A stretch of 63,861 nucleotides of DNA, the filler included, from Craspedostauros australis (lineage: Eukaryota): NCBI GenBank assembly GCA_030167865.1. It is 14 parts of 14 records of this genome, joined end to end, with 100 filler letters (N's around TTAATTAATTAA, not from the genome) between each part and the next. Parts side by side here need not be neighbours in the genome. Positions count along the whole stretch, not along the records: positions 34,316 to 39,487 come from JALAGF010002258.1; positions 39,588 to 41,013 come from JALAGF010002259.1; positions 41,114 to 58,151 come from JALAGF010002260.1; 11 more parts are not named here. One strand, 5' to 3'. The notes beneath the pieces were generated by a model. The model did not search any database. It saw only the letters and a list, made by a program, of their open reading frames with translations, and was not told the origin of the DNA. Every line of letters starts with the position of its first letter. Within the stretch, counting starts at the first letter, position 1. Below are positions 36,849-47,700 of this stretch, one piece after another. The position numbers and the translations under genes are program-made.

Positions 36849-39487
36849 ATGATCATTTCTTCCAAGACACTTTGGACCGGAGCCACCTTGGGCCTCCTCT
36901 CATCCTTCACCACCGTCGGAGCCGCAACCTTGCCCGACAACGATTCCAGCGGCATCGCGATGGACGGGTACTTGCACGAACCATGCCAGCTGGTCGTGAT
37001 CGACGCCATGCTCGCTCCTTCTCAAGCGGATAATGCACCGGAGTCGGATGGCATCTTCTGCAAGCTCCGTGGCAGGGATGCCGAAAATCACGGGCGCTTG
37101 AACCTCCGCATCGACGGTCTGGACATGGATTGGGTGAACGAGAACCAGGACGCTTTGTCTCCGGCTCTCGGCCATCATGGGCTGTTCTACACGGGCGCCG
37201 TCATCAACGACGAAGGTCTCCTGTTGGAGCTTCCGGAGGAGACGACCATCGATGACATGGAGATTCACACCATCTTCGTGCAGGACGCCATCAACATTCC
37301 ACCCAACGAAGACGGAGTCTCGTCTTCCATTCCGTCGATGGCCGAGACTACCAATTCGGTGCTGATCGTTCGTCCCATCTTCCAGGATGGTGAAATTCAG
37401 GAGGATTTCGTCCGTGCCAGCGTCTTCGACCAGACTCCCACATTCTTGGAACAGCACAATGCCATTTCGTTTGATCGCGTCGAACTCATCACCAAACCAG
37501 CGCCAGGCGTGGTCAATGGGGTGTACGAGCACACCTTCAGCGAATCTATCGCAGGCAGGAACGTTTTCGACATCGAGAATATCGTCGAGGACCACCTCGT
37601 GCAGGTCGGGCTCTTTGATGAATTTGATCACTTCCTCCTCGTCTTTCCGAGTGGAACCGAGTACTTTGGATCCACGACTTGGTATGGTAAGTTGGAAACA
37701 GGGAGCGCTCCGGCGATGAAAATGCTGCAATTGCCACCGCTGATGCCATGCACATCATCCCAAAGTTTCGTTCAATTTGCACCGGCAGCAATAGGGTTTG
37801 CCCGTGTCAACCTGCAGATTGCTGCGAAACTTGCAGTTGGAGAAAAACTCACTCACCTGCACCTCCTTCATCTATCTTTGTGCCTCCCTCACGATCGGAC
37901 CCCGTTAATATCTTCAGCGTATGCGTACGTGGGACCTTCTCAAAAGATCTCCGTATACAACACCAACTTTCTCGACCCTCAACGCCATGCCATCGACGAT
38001 GTTGCCACCATTCTCCATGAGATCGGCCACAACTACGGCTTGCAACATTCCAGCGAAGGAGTGTCTGAGTACGGAGATGAAAGGTAAAGCACCCACCAGC
38101 GCCGCATGCAGGATGCACCGCAGTTTTTGGCCTGCGCCTGTGCCATCGTGCCAAGTTCTCTCTCTCTCTCTGTCGCTTCGCTTCGTTTCGCTCAGTTTGG
38201 TTCCAAATGCCACCATACCACCCCTCACCACTTCCTTTGGTCCTTTTTGCCTCCGCCTGGTGCACCTACGAACCCCAAATCAACCAACCAATGGTACCAA
38301 CACCTCCGACTGCCTTCCAATCCTCAGCTGTCTGATGGGAGATTCCGATAATCCTCGAAGCGCATTCAATGGTAAGAACAAGCTCGGAGTGGAAATCACA
38401 AACGCACTGTCCGACAGCAACGAGGATATCCATTGCAATGTGCTTCTACGATACTGCGACACAAGCGCACTTGCTCACCCATTTCTTCTTCTTTACTTCA
38501 TGCACGCTTCATCTACGCTTCATCTACGCTTCATCCACATTTCATGCGCACGTGTTGTGTCCTATCAAATCCGATTTTCAACACCACCACGATGAACCGA
38601 CAGCGCCAAAAAACTGGCAGCTTGGATGGTACGACAATCAAGCCCTTCAGATTGCGCCGACCCAGATGCTTTCCGACAGAATCTGCGGCGTCGTCGACTA
38701 CGATACCGACGGCGACACCTCGAAGTACTCTGTTGTCGTCAAGATCGACATGCCGGGCACCGAGGACGATTACTACGTCGGCTACAACAATCTTGTTGGA
38801 TTCAACAGCCAAAACTCCGGTACCAATGCCGTCTACATCACGCGGGTTCCGTTCGGCACCGTCTTCACTCAGAAGTCCTTCGTCGAGAGCAGACTGATCG
38901 CAGCAGGCGATAACTTCGTCATCAAGCGAGGCAGCTCCCCCGACGTCAACGTCCAGCTCCGAGAGAAGGACCCATCGAGCGAGGATGTGCGCTGCGCATT
39001 TGTCGATATCTATCCAGCCATCGGAGGAGCTGAACCATCTGCGGCGTGCGCCACTTGGCTGTACAAGTCCGCCAACAGAGTTGTCGACGACCACGAAATC
39101 ATTTCCTTCCATTTTGATATCCAAATCACCAACAGCACTTATATCAGCGCGATCGATCTTGAGCTTCTGTCCATGGACAGCGAAGCAATCGCGGTGTACA
39201 CGAAGCCCAGCTCCCACACGGATACGTCCATCTCTTGGACTCTCATCCAACAAACCACAATCCAAGCCGAGGGACCTAACAAATTGACACAACTCCCCCC
39301 ATTCCAAACTCCGATCAAGGCTGTCAGCGGCAGCACCATCTCCGTCCGCGTCGACGTCATGAACGGCGTGCCCGAGAATGGCGAGACAAGTAGCTCCCTC
39401 CCATCGTCACACCCACCAACAGCATATTCGTGCCCAGACTGTCCATTCGAGGTGCTTCTCGGAAGAGGATACACCAGCATGGCCTTC
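36849..39487 (+). CDS. Secreted M11 (gametolysin-like) zinc metallopeptidase, 3' partial; exons 36849-37686, 37918-38083, 38328-38371, 38604->39487
   Basis: Signal peptide. Three GT-AG introns restore WYAYAYVG, HEIGHNYGLQHS..EYGDESCLMG and FNAPKNWQLGWY. Confidence 0.88.
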
Positions 39488-39587
39488 NNNNNNNNNNNNN
39501 NNNNNNNNNNNNNNNNNNNNNNNNNNNNNNNTTAATTAATTAANNNNNNNNNNNNNNNNNNNNNNNNNNNNNNNNNNNNNNNNNNNN

Positions 39588-41013
39588 GGTGGTGAGTCAG
39601 CTGAGGAAACAGAGCAGACCTCAGCAACCGCAAGAGAGGGGTTAAGACGTCCGAAGCATGCATACACGGCTATGATGCTGGACCCCACCACATTTGAAGA
39701 ATACTGGGATCATGCGGATCCAGCGAAGCAAAAGAAATGGCGAGATGCCATCAATAAGGAGTTCTANNNNNNNNNNNNNNNNNNNNNNNNNNNNNNNNNN
39801 NNNNNNNNNNNNNNNNNNNNNNNNNNNNNNNNNNNNNNNNNNNNNNNNNNNNNNNNNNNNNNNNNNNNNNNNNNNNNNNNNNNNNNNNNNNNNNNNNNNN
39901 NNNNNNNNCAGATCGCAGGAGTCGACTCCTCAACGCAACACACCCATGATGCATGACGCAACCTACCGCAGAATGCTCACAATGAAGATGCTACTGAACA
40001 TTGGACAGCACCACTATCAACCTTGAGACAACATTTCTACATGGAGATCTCGAAGTGGAGGTCTACATGCTTTGCCAGAAGGGCATGGAGCATGGTGAGA
40101 GCGAATGACTGTTGCTCAAGAAGACGATCAATGGGCTTGTGCAAAGGGCAAGACAATGGAAGAAGCTGGTCGACATCCTACTCAAATTGGGATTCGGACC
40201 AAGCCAAGTTGATCCATGCCTTCTGATTCGGAATCAGGAAGGGAGACTGCTATTGATTGGAACCTACGTCGGCGACTGCCTATGCATCAAGGATGAACAG
40301 GAGTTGAAGAAACTCATGGAAGATATCAAAGCAGAGCGGTTCGGTATCAAGGTGGAGGATGATCTGGAAGACTACATCAGCTGCAGGATCGTATCCAACC
40401 ACGACGTGATGCAACTGCAATGGTACGGTACACCAGGAACACCAGGGCAAAGCATCCAAGAGGGATAGCGATTCGCCCAAGGTGGAAAGAGACCGACACA
40501 GCAGATACCGAAGTGGAGTAGGTATGCTGCTATATCAAATGAAGCACTTCCAACCCGACATCGCCAATGCAACGCGAGATCTGACCAAGATGTTGGATGG
40601 AGCCAACAGCTGCAGCATACAAGGAAATGCTGAGGATCATGAAGTACATGTCGGACAGGAAAGAATATGGACTGCGGATGAAGCCAAGTCCATTGGAGAA
40701 CGATGCATGAAAGATTGTGATCTACACCAACAACGAATTCGGTGGTGACAAGGACAATCTCATCAGCATGGGAGGACACATCGTCCTACTACAAGGAGTG
40801 CCGATCATCTGGAGATCGAGCACAGCACAGTGTGACACTCAGCTCAACGGAGGCAGAGCACGTCGCGCTATCGGAGGCTGGAAATGAGATCCGCTTCCAG
40901 ACTCAACTGATGAACAACATTGGGTTGAAGACACAAGGGCCACATCATCTGATTGCGGTTAGCAATGGATTGATGACGATGGTGAGAGAGAGGGAAGTAA
41001 AGGTGAAGAAAGA
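39588..41013 (+). mobile_element. Decayed copia RT-RNase H fragment (same family as 5460-6376)
   Basis: DPTTFEEYWDH, LKKTINGLVQ, GTYVGDCL (catalytic D mutated), YRSGVGMLLY and SVTLSSTEAEHVALSE. Multiple frameshifts. Confidence 0.9.
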
Positions 41014-41113
41014 NNNNNNNNNNNNNNNNNNNNNNNNNNNNNNNNNNNNNNNNNNNNTTAATTAATTAANNNNNNNNNNNNNNNNNNNNNNNNNNNNNNN
41101 NNNNNNNNNNNNN

Positions 41114-41616
41114 TCCGCCTGCTCTCTGATGACATAGCTGAGTGGGATGCCTTTGGCACCAATGATGGCCTCAAGGGTGCTCACAAGTTCATCCACCCAG
41201 CGTCGCCATTGCGCGCCTGACTTGAGCTGGACACAGAAGGTGTGCGTCAACAGCTTGTCGCCCTTCTTCGTCTGTGTGACACGCCGGTCGTGCCGTGCCT
41301 TCGCTTCCAGTATCTCGGAAAAGAATTCCTGACGCGTGGTGTCATCGTCGAACTCAACCTCGAGATCCAACCGCACTTGGTCTTGCACCCAATACATGAG
41401 GGCGATGAGCAGGCGCCTCGTCGCTCTGGAGACATGGAAGGCGTCTTGACCTCTGCGAGAGTACTGGTTGCAAGCGGTGTCGATGGCTTCCGCTGTCTCA
41501 TGTTGCAACCCTTCGAGTCCAACGTTCTGCAGCACGAAGTTGTCGTGAACAATGTTGCGGTGAGGAATCGAGTCAAACCCCAACCAGGTGAAGATCTGGG
41601 TCAGTGTGATCGCCAT
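41114..41616 (-). CDS. gag N-terminus of a CoDi-I-type copia element; 3' partial
   Basis: L.ALMYWVQD..R and W..W...L...L....GA.GIPLSYVIR are typical of diatom copia Gag. Lies about 150 nt inside a TG..CA LTR. Confidence 0.75.
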
Positions 41617-41762
41617 GCTGTGTGGTGGTCAGCTGGTACTGCCGCTGCTGGACACCCTCACTTGGATGATCAATCTGTGAGTCCTTTGAGCTCCCAAGTG
41701 ACCTGACTTCTGCAAGCCGTCGCTCCTGCCGTCACTGGTTCCAAATCGCAGAGCGAAGCAAC

Positions 41763-41881
41763 TGATAAACCGAATGATTCTGGCTTGCTTGCATGCTCAG
41801 GACGCGAAGTGAAGCACTCTCAGGCACACAGATGACAGTCTTCTATTGCTTATCTGTTGTTGGTGTATTGCCGATACACTC
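41763..41881 (-). repeat. Inner part of a copia 5' LTR split by the LINE (outer part at 50763-50805)
   Basis: Removing the LINE and one TSD copy gives a 162-bp minus-strand unit TGTTGGAT...TTTATCA directly upstream of gag. Confidence 0.65.
41866..41881 (+). repeat. Target-site duplication, left copy: TATTGCCGATACACTC (right copy 50747-50762)
   Basis: Exact 16-bp direct repeat flanking the LINE; its first TATT overlaps the (TTA)n tail on the right. Confidence 0.93.
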
Positions 41882-42020
41882 ACAATTTTGGAAAGACCGA
41901 AAAAGTCCCGAAAAAATTGTCGCAGCAAAAACACACGATTAACAAATAGAAGACAGCAACAAAACAATAGAAGACAACCAGTAACAACACGACAAGCAAC
42001 GAACGAAGAAACCAACCGAG

Positions 42021-44726
42021 ATGACGCGCAAAGCCATCCAAGCACCGCTGGAAGCCTACATTAGGAAGATGGCAATGGAAAAGGAAGAGCACGACAAACA
42101 ACAACAGAAGACAAAGGAAGCGACAGAAGGTGGAAGCAAAGACAACGGACAGGAAATGGTGGAGAAACGGGCAGCAGAAGGAAGCAAGGAGGGAAAAGAC
42201 CGGAACCATGGATGTGCGGCAGGGTCGAAGTGCAAGTTCACCACCAAGGCGAGGGCGGAACTACGATGTGCAGCATGCGGCCACCCAGTGCATGCGACGT
42301 GTAGTATAGCAATCTCACCCACGGGGCATCAAAAGCTCCAAAAGGGGTTCGAGAAGATATGCAAGCAATGCGTCGAAGACTACAACTTGAGAGTCTCGAA
42401 GGCGGCAAAAAACAAGGCGTACATCACAGGAGCACAAGTGAGAATGGGACAAATCCTACGCAACAGATGGGACAGGATGGAGAAGAAGGCAAAAGACACG
42501 GGCGAGAAAGGGGAAGACGATGAAGAGGTGGAAGCAAAGGAAGGGAAGGACGCAGAAAGTCAAAAAGCAACAGAGGGAAGAGGCATCCAAGGACAGGAGA
42601 AGAACGACACGGAAGCAGCGGAAGACGGCGAGACAGGACAAGGAGGACGAGGAACTGACACGGGACCGGAACAGATGGTAGTAGTCATAACAACAGAGGA
42701 CGCGGCAGCGCAGCGAAGCAAAAAGAGGGCAGAGGTCAGCCCAGCGCACGGAAGCGAGAATGTTCAGCCAAGCAAGAGACTGAACACCGAGGAAGCAGCA
42801 GATGGAGGCGAAGAGGAAGCACTGGAGGACAACATGGCAGGAATCGAAGAGGACGACGACGAAGACGAAGCAGTGGGCCACGACAACATGTCGGTGGGGA
42901 ATGATGAGGTGACTCAAGTGGGCAACAATTCCAACACAGACGATCCGTGGACGGAAATAGTCCACCCAGAGGTCAATGTGGTGACAAGGAAACAGGACAT
43001 CAAGTACTGCGACCTACAGATCACGGTGAACGGAGGAGGAGGCTCCAAGGATGTCAAGGTGGCAATGGAAGCAGTCATTGGAACGTGCAAGGACTTCCTA
43101 CGCACCATACAACAGGTGAATGCAACAGCCAGGTTGCTACCGTGGGACACGAAGGAGGACTACATCAGAGTCCATTCACTAGACGATTTCCCGAAGGATA
43201 TGATGACATTGAAGAAATTCTTCAAGGGAGCGAAGGCACTGTATGGGGCAACGAAAGCCAAGGCGTACTACAAGGTACGAATCGAATGCGAAGGAAAAGT
43301 GAAGGAAATCACCGACGAGCTCAACAACTTCTTTGCAGTGGAGAAGGGAAGGTTCAGTGTGGCTAAGATCCAAGCACCGTCAACCACGACGATCGGATGG
43401 CTCTTATACTCCACAAGGCAAGTGGGAGTTGACGAACTTGAAGAGGAGCTGACGAAGCGCACGAAGCGACCAGTGGCAACTAACTGGAAAAGGATCTCCG
43501 ACGGCACCAAATTCGACCCGGACCGGAACACTGAGAACGACGCAAGGGCTTTACACGTGGAGACGGCAACAGAAGACAAGGATGTGGTGACGGAAACGCT
43601 GATGCATTACTATGGCACGGCGTCAAAGAAATTCCCACTGGGCATCAGGATGCGAATGGTGACACCATTGGCAGGCATCGTGAACACGGATGTGAGGAAC
43701 GGATGGTTTGCTTTGAGGGAGCGACAAGCCGGGTGGTGTGAGGAAGCGAAAGCTGTAGCATCATACGATCTGATCAACGAGTCACTGGAAACAGTGCCAG
43801 TTGGCCAAGGCAAAACGCTGCGCTCAATGATCATGCAGATCAAAGCTACCACCGGGAACACTAACACCCCGCTGTTTACATCGGTGAACAAACGGTGGCG
43901 AGGGTCAGGATACGTGTTCCAATTTCATCCAGCCAAAGAAATGGAAGCCAAGATGGTAGTGAAGGGGTTGCTGGTGAGGTTGGTAGCGGAGTATGGAGTC
44001 GGCATCGAGATGTATTTCACGGCATTGGCAAAAACGGAAGCCAAAACCATGAAATGGGATGCTGCAACTAACCGAGTCATCTCAGAAAAGGACAAGGCAG
44101 TCGAAGCTGCACTTGAAGGCGACGACGACATGCACTTCACGAAGCCAGAACACATCGAGATCGAGGAACGGGGAATCAGACGAGAATGCGATGCAAGGCC
44201 AGAGAAAGACTATGGCGACAACGATACCATCCCATCGCTACGTAACGCGTCGGAATGGAGAAAGATTTCAACGATCCAGGAAGCCAGGAAGAAAGCTGCA
44301 AGAGAAGCGGAGATGAATGACGAAGGGACGAAAGCGTCTACAACGACCAACAAGACATCGCGTACGGAAGGAACTAGCAAGAGGCTGGTGTCCATCGAAG
44401 CGAAACTCGCGGAAATGCTCGAAACACGCACACAAAGGTCGGCAATGTCGACTTTGTCGGGCAGCACGCGAAGGTCAAAAGAGACGGCGAAGAGGGAGAT
44501 GAGAGAACTGCGCGAACAGATGGCTCAAATGCAGGAAATGATGCCTGCAACAATGGAGGAAAACAGGGAGCTCAAGAAGAGAGCTGATGGCGCTCAGAAC
44601 GAGCGGGAAGCACGGTCGCCACAGACCCAGCGTACACAGAAGGACCAACCGACGGCTGACAACCCGAGGAGTCTACGCGAAAATTCGGAAGCAGGTGCTG
44701 CGGAAACGGCGCCTGCGAACAGTTGA
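42021..44726 (+). CDS. LINE ORF1 protein (901 aa): PHD-like C4HC3 finger, acidic linker, conserved core, C-terminal coiled coil
   Basis: C-x5-C..CxxC-x4-H-xx-C..CxxC at 42213-42371. Core motifs are shared with the ORFs at 56636 and 60231. Confidence 0.88.
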   Translation: MTRKAIQAPLEAYIRKMAMEKEEHDKQQQKTKEATEGGSKDNGQEMVEKRAAEGSKEGKDRNHGCAAGSKCKFTTKARAELRCAACGHPVHATCSIAISPTGHQKLQKGFEKICKQCVEDYNLRVSKAAKNKAYITGAQVRMGQILRNRWDRMEKKAKDTGEKGEDDEEVEAKEGKDAESQKATEGRGIQGQEKNDTEAAEDGETGQGGRGTDTGPEQMVVVITTEDAAAQRSKKRAEVSPAHGSENVQPSKRLNTEEAADGGEEEALEDNMAGIEEDDDEDEAVGHDNMSVGNDEVTQVGNNSNTDDPWTEIVHPEVNVVTRKQDIKYCDLQITVNGGGGSKDVKVAMEAVIGTCKDFLRTIQQVNATARLLPWDTKEDYIRVHSLDDFPKDMMTLKKFFKGAKALYGATKAKAYYKVRIECEGKVKEITDELNNFFAVEKGRFSVAKIQAPSTTTIGWLLYSTRQVGVDELEEELTKRTKRPVATNWKRISDGTKFDPDRNTENDARALHVETATEDKDVVTETLMHYYGTASKKFPLGIRMRMVTPLAGIVNTDVRNGWFALRERQAGWCEEAKAVASYDLINESLETVPVGQGKTLRSMIMQIKATTGNTNTPLFTSVNKRWRGSGYVFQFHPAKEMEAKMVVKGLLVRLVAEYGVGIEMYFTALAKTEAKTMKWDAATNRVISEKDKAVEAALEGDDDMHFTKPEHIEIEERGIRRECDARPEKDYGDNDTIPSLRNASEWRKISTIQEARKKAAREAEMNDEGTKASTTTNKTSRTEGTSKRLVSIEAKLAEMLETRTQRSAMSTLSGSTRRSKETAKREMRELREQMAQMQEMMPATMEENRELKKRADGAQNEREARSPQTQRTQKDQPTADNPRSLRENSEAGAAETAPANS

Positions 44727-47700
44727 ACAGAGAGGGCAGGGTCGACAGCTGGGGGCAGCACAGCAACACGACCCGAGCCTGAACGCGCCTGCGATCGCAA
44801 ATGATATACCGCATCAACGTGACCGCAGCGAGAAGGGGAGAGAGGAGGAGGGCAGGCAGGAGGAGACAGGAGACATGATGACGAGGAAAAGGGAGGGGAG
44901 GATGAGAATAGGAATGCAAAACTTCGGAGGGCTGCGACGAGCGAGAGGCAACGTCGACGAGGGGCTGAAGCAGTGGATGAACGAAGGAGAGTTTGACGTT
45001 TTCGGGGTTACCGAAGTCAATGTGGATTGGCGAGGGGTTCCAGAGGAGGCGCAGCTTAAAAACAGAACGAAGGAATGGTGGCCAACAGGAACCATACAAG
45101 TGACGACGGCAAACAACGAAACAGACGAAGTGACAAGGAGCAAACAATGGGGAGGGACAGCCATAATCAGCCGGTCGCAAGCGGCCATCAGGATGATCAA
45201 AGCAGGCAAAGACGCGACAAAGATGGGAAGATGGGCGTGGCAGCTTTACCGAGGCGCCAAGCAACAGCGACTGCGAATTGTGGTAGCGTACCGACCGTGC
45301 CGACCAAGGACAAAGGGCATACTCAACACATATGCGCAACAACGCAAGTACTACAACGAGAAAGGACAGAACGTCGAGCCGAGAAGCCGGATGCTGGAGG
45401 ATTTGGAGGCCCAAGTTAAGCTATGGAAAGCTAACGGGGAGCATGTGGTGGTGCTGATGGATTGCAACGAGGATACGAGGTCGAAACGAATGAAAGAATT
45501 CATGGCGGCTACAGACATGGCCAATGCGATGACAGCGAACGGCGGAACAGCGGGCGCGACAGCAACGCACCGACTAGGCAAGACGCCCATCGATGGGATC
45601 TTTGTGAGCAAGTCAGTGAAAGTGGAGCGAGCTGGAATGACGAGATGGGATGAAGGGATACAGGAACGATGCGCAGATCACCGATGCCTGTGGCTGGAGG
45701 TGAGCATGGAAGGTGTGTTAGGACAAGACATGCCGCCGTTGAGGAAAGCTGTGTCGCGCAGAGTGAAGACGAATGATCCAAGAATTGTGGATAAATTCAA
45801 CGCAGCATACCAAGCGCATCTGAAACAACACAACGCGCACAACAGAGCAATCCTGCTGGAGAAAAAATCAGAGCAACAGTGGGACGAAAAGATGGAGCAA
45901 GAAGCCGAAGCGCTGGACCGAGTGAGAGTGGAAAGTATTTGGAAAGCAGACAAGGCATGCCGGAAGCTCCGAATGGGAGGTATCCCATACTCAGCGGAGT
46001 ACAAGAACATTGAAGCGAGGATAGGTCTGTGGAACCACGTGGCTCGGAAGCAACAAGGCAGAAAGGTCTCAACGTCCCTACTCAAACGATTGGCCAAACG
46101 AGCCAAGGAAGATCGGCAGATAGCGGAAATGGTGCGGATGAACGAGGCGGACGTGCGTAAGGAGCGGGATGCAGCATACACGAAACTGAAAAACTTCCGA
46201 GGGAGAGCAGCGGAGTCAAGAAGCAACTGGCTGGAGACAATAGCAGAAGCGCGGGCGAAAAAAGAGGCCGAACGACAACCCAACAAAGGACGCGGAGCGA
46301 AGCGGCGGGGTCAAGAGCAGCGAACGGCGACACAACTACGACAGCTACGAAGCCGAGAAGGGGTGCGAGCGATGTACCGACGGATACGGCAAGCAGCAGG
46401 CAATGAAGGGGTCGGCGGGATATCGATGGTGATCGCACCGAACGCCCAAGGGATATGGGAGGAGCGCACGGAGCAGGAAGGCATAGAACGGGGATGCATG
46501 GAGGAGAACAAAAGAAGGTTCCGGCAAACCGAAAATACCCCATTCATGTACGGAGAGCTCGCGCGGGACTTCGGATTTCTGGGAACGTCGGCAGCGGCAA
46601 GAGCAACGCTAAACGGAGATTACAAGGCGTCGAGATGGATTGACCCAGGAGCGACAAAGCTGATCAAAGGACTAAGAACAGTGGCTGCAACCAGCATACC
46701 GGCAGGCATGACGACGGACGAATTTCAAAACGGGTGGAACAAGTGCAAAGAAGACACTTCAGCAGGACCCTCTGGACTACACTTCGGCCACTTCAAGGCC
46801 ATCGCAAAGCACCGCCACAACTCCGAATTCGAAGCCAGCATGTCGTCAATCGCGATGAAGTCGGGCTACTCGTTCAGAAGGTGGAAACAGGGCGTGGATG
46901 TGGAGCTTATGAAAAAGGCCAACAGCTACAGGGTGGACAAGCTGCGAACGATAGTCCTTTTTGAGGCCGACTTCAACTTTTCCAACAAAGCTATCGGCAG
47001 GAAGGCGGCGATACAAGCAGAAAAACAAGGAGGGTTCGCAGAGGAGCAGTACGGCAGCAGGAAAGGGCACAAGGCCATCGAGCACGCTCTTAACAAGCAG
47101 CTGACGCTCGACTGGTTACGGCAAACGCGTACTCCAGGCCTTCTCTGCTCCAACGACCTAAAAAGCTGCTACGACCGGATCGTGCATTCCATCGCGTCTA
47201 TCGGGCTCCAACGGCAAGGGATCTCCATGACGGAGGTGCACAGCATGTTCACCACGTTGCAGCAGTTGGAACACTATATCAGAACGGTGTTCGGGGATTC
47301 CAAGTCGGCGTACAGCGGACGGCATGCCAGAACGCCAATGCAAGGAATATATCAAGGTAATGGAGCCGGACCGGTAATATGGGCAGTGATCTCATCCCCC
47401 ATGCTGGATGTCATGCGCCAGGAGGGCCATACAGCAAGATTCACCACGGCGACCGGTAATGAGACGGTGAACATCGTTGGGTACGCTTTTGTGGACGACA
47501 CCGATCTGGTGGTCAATGCAAGGGAAGGAGAAGGCATTGACGCAGCAGTGCAGCGTATGCAGGGTAGCGTCGACGAGTGGGAGAGGCTAGTGAGGGCTAC
47601 AGGAGGAGCGCTGGTAGTGGAAAAAAGTATGTGGTGGGCAATCGACTTTGTGTGGCGCCAAGACGGAACGTGGAGATACGCAACCAACTCGGAAGTGCCC

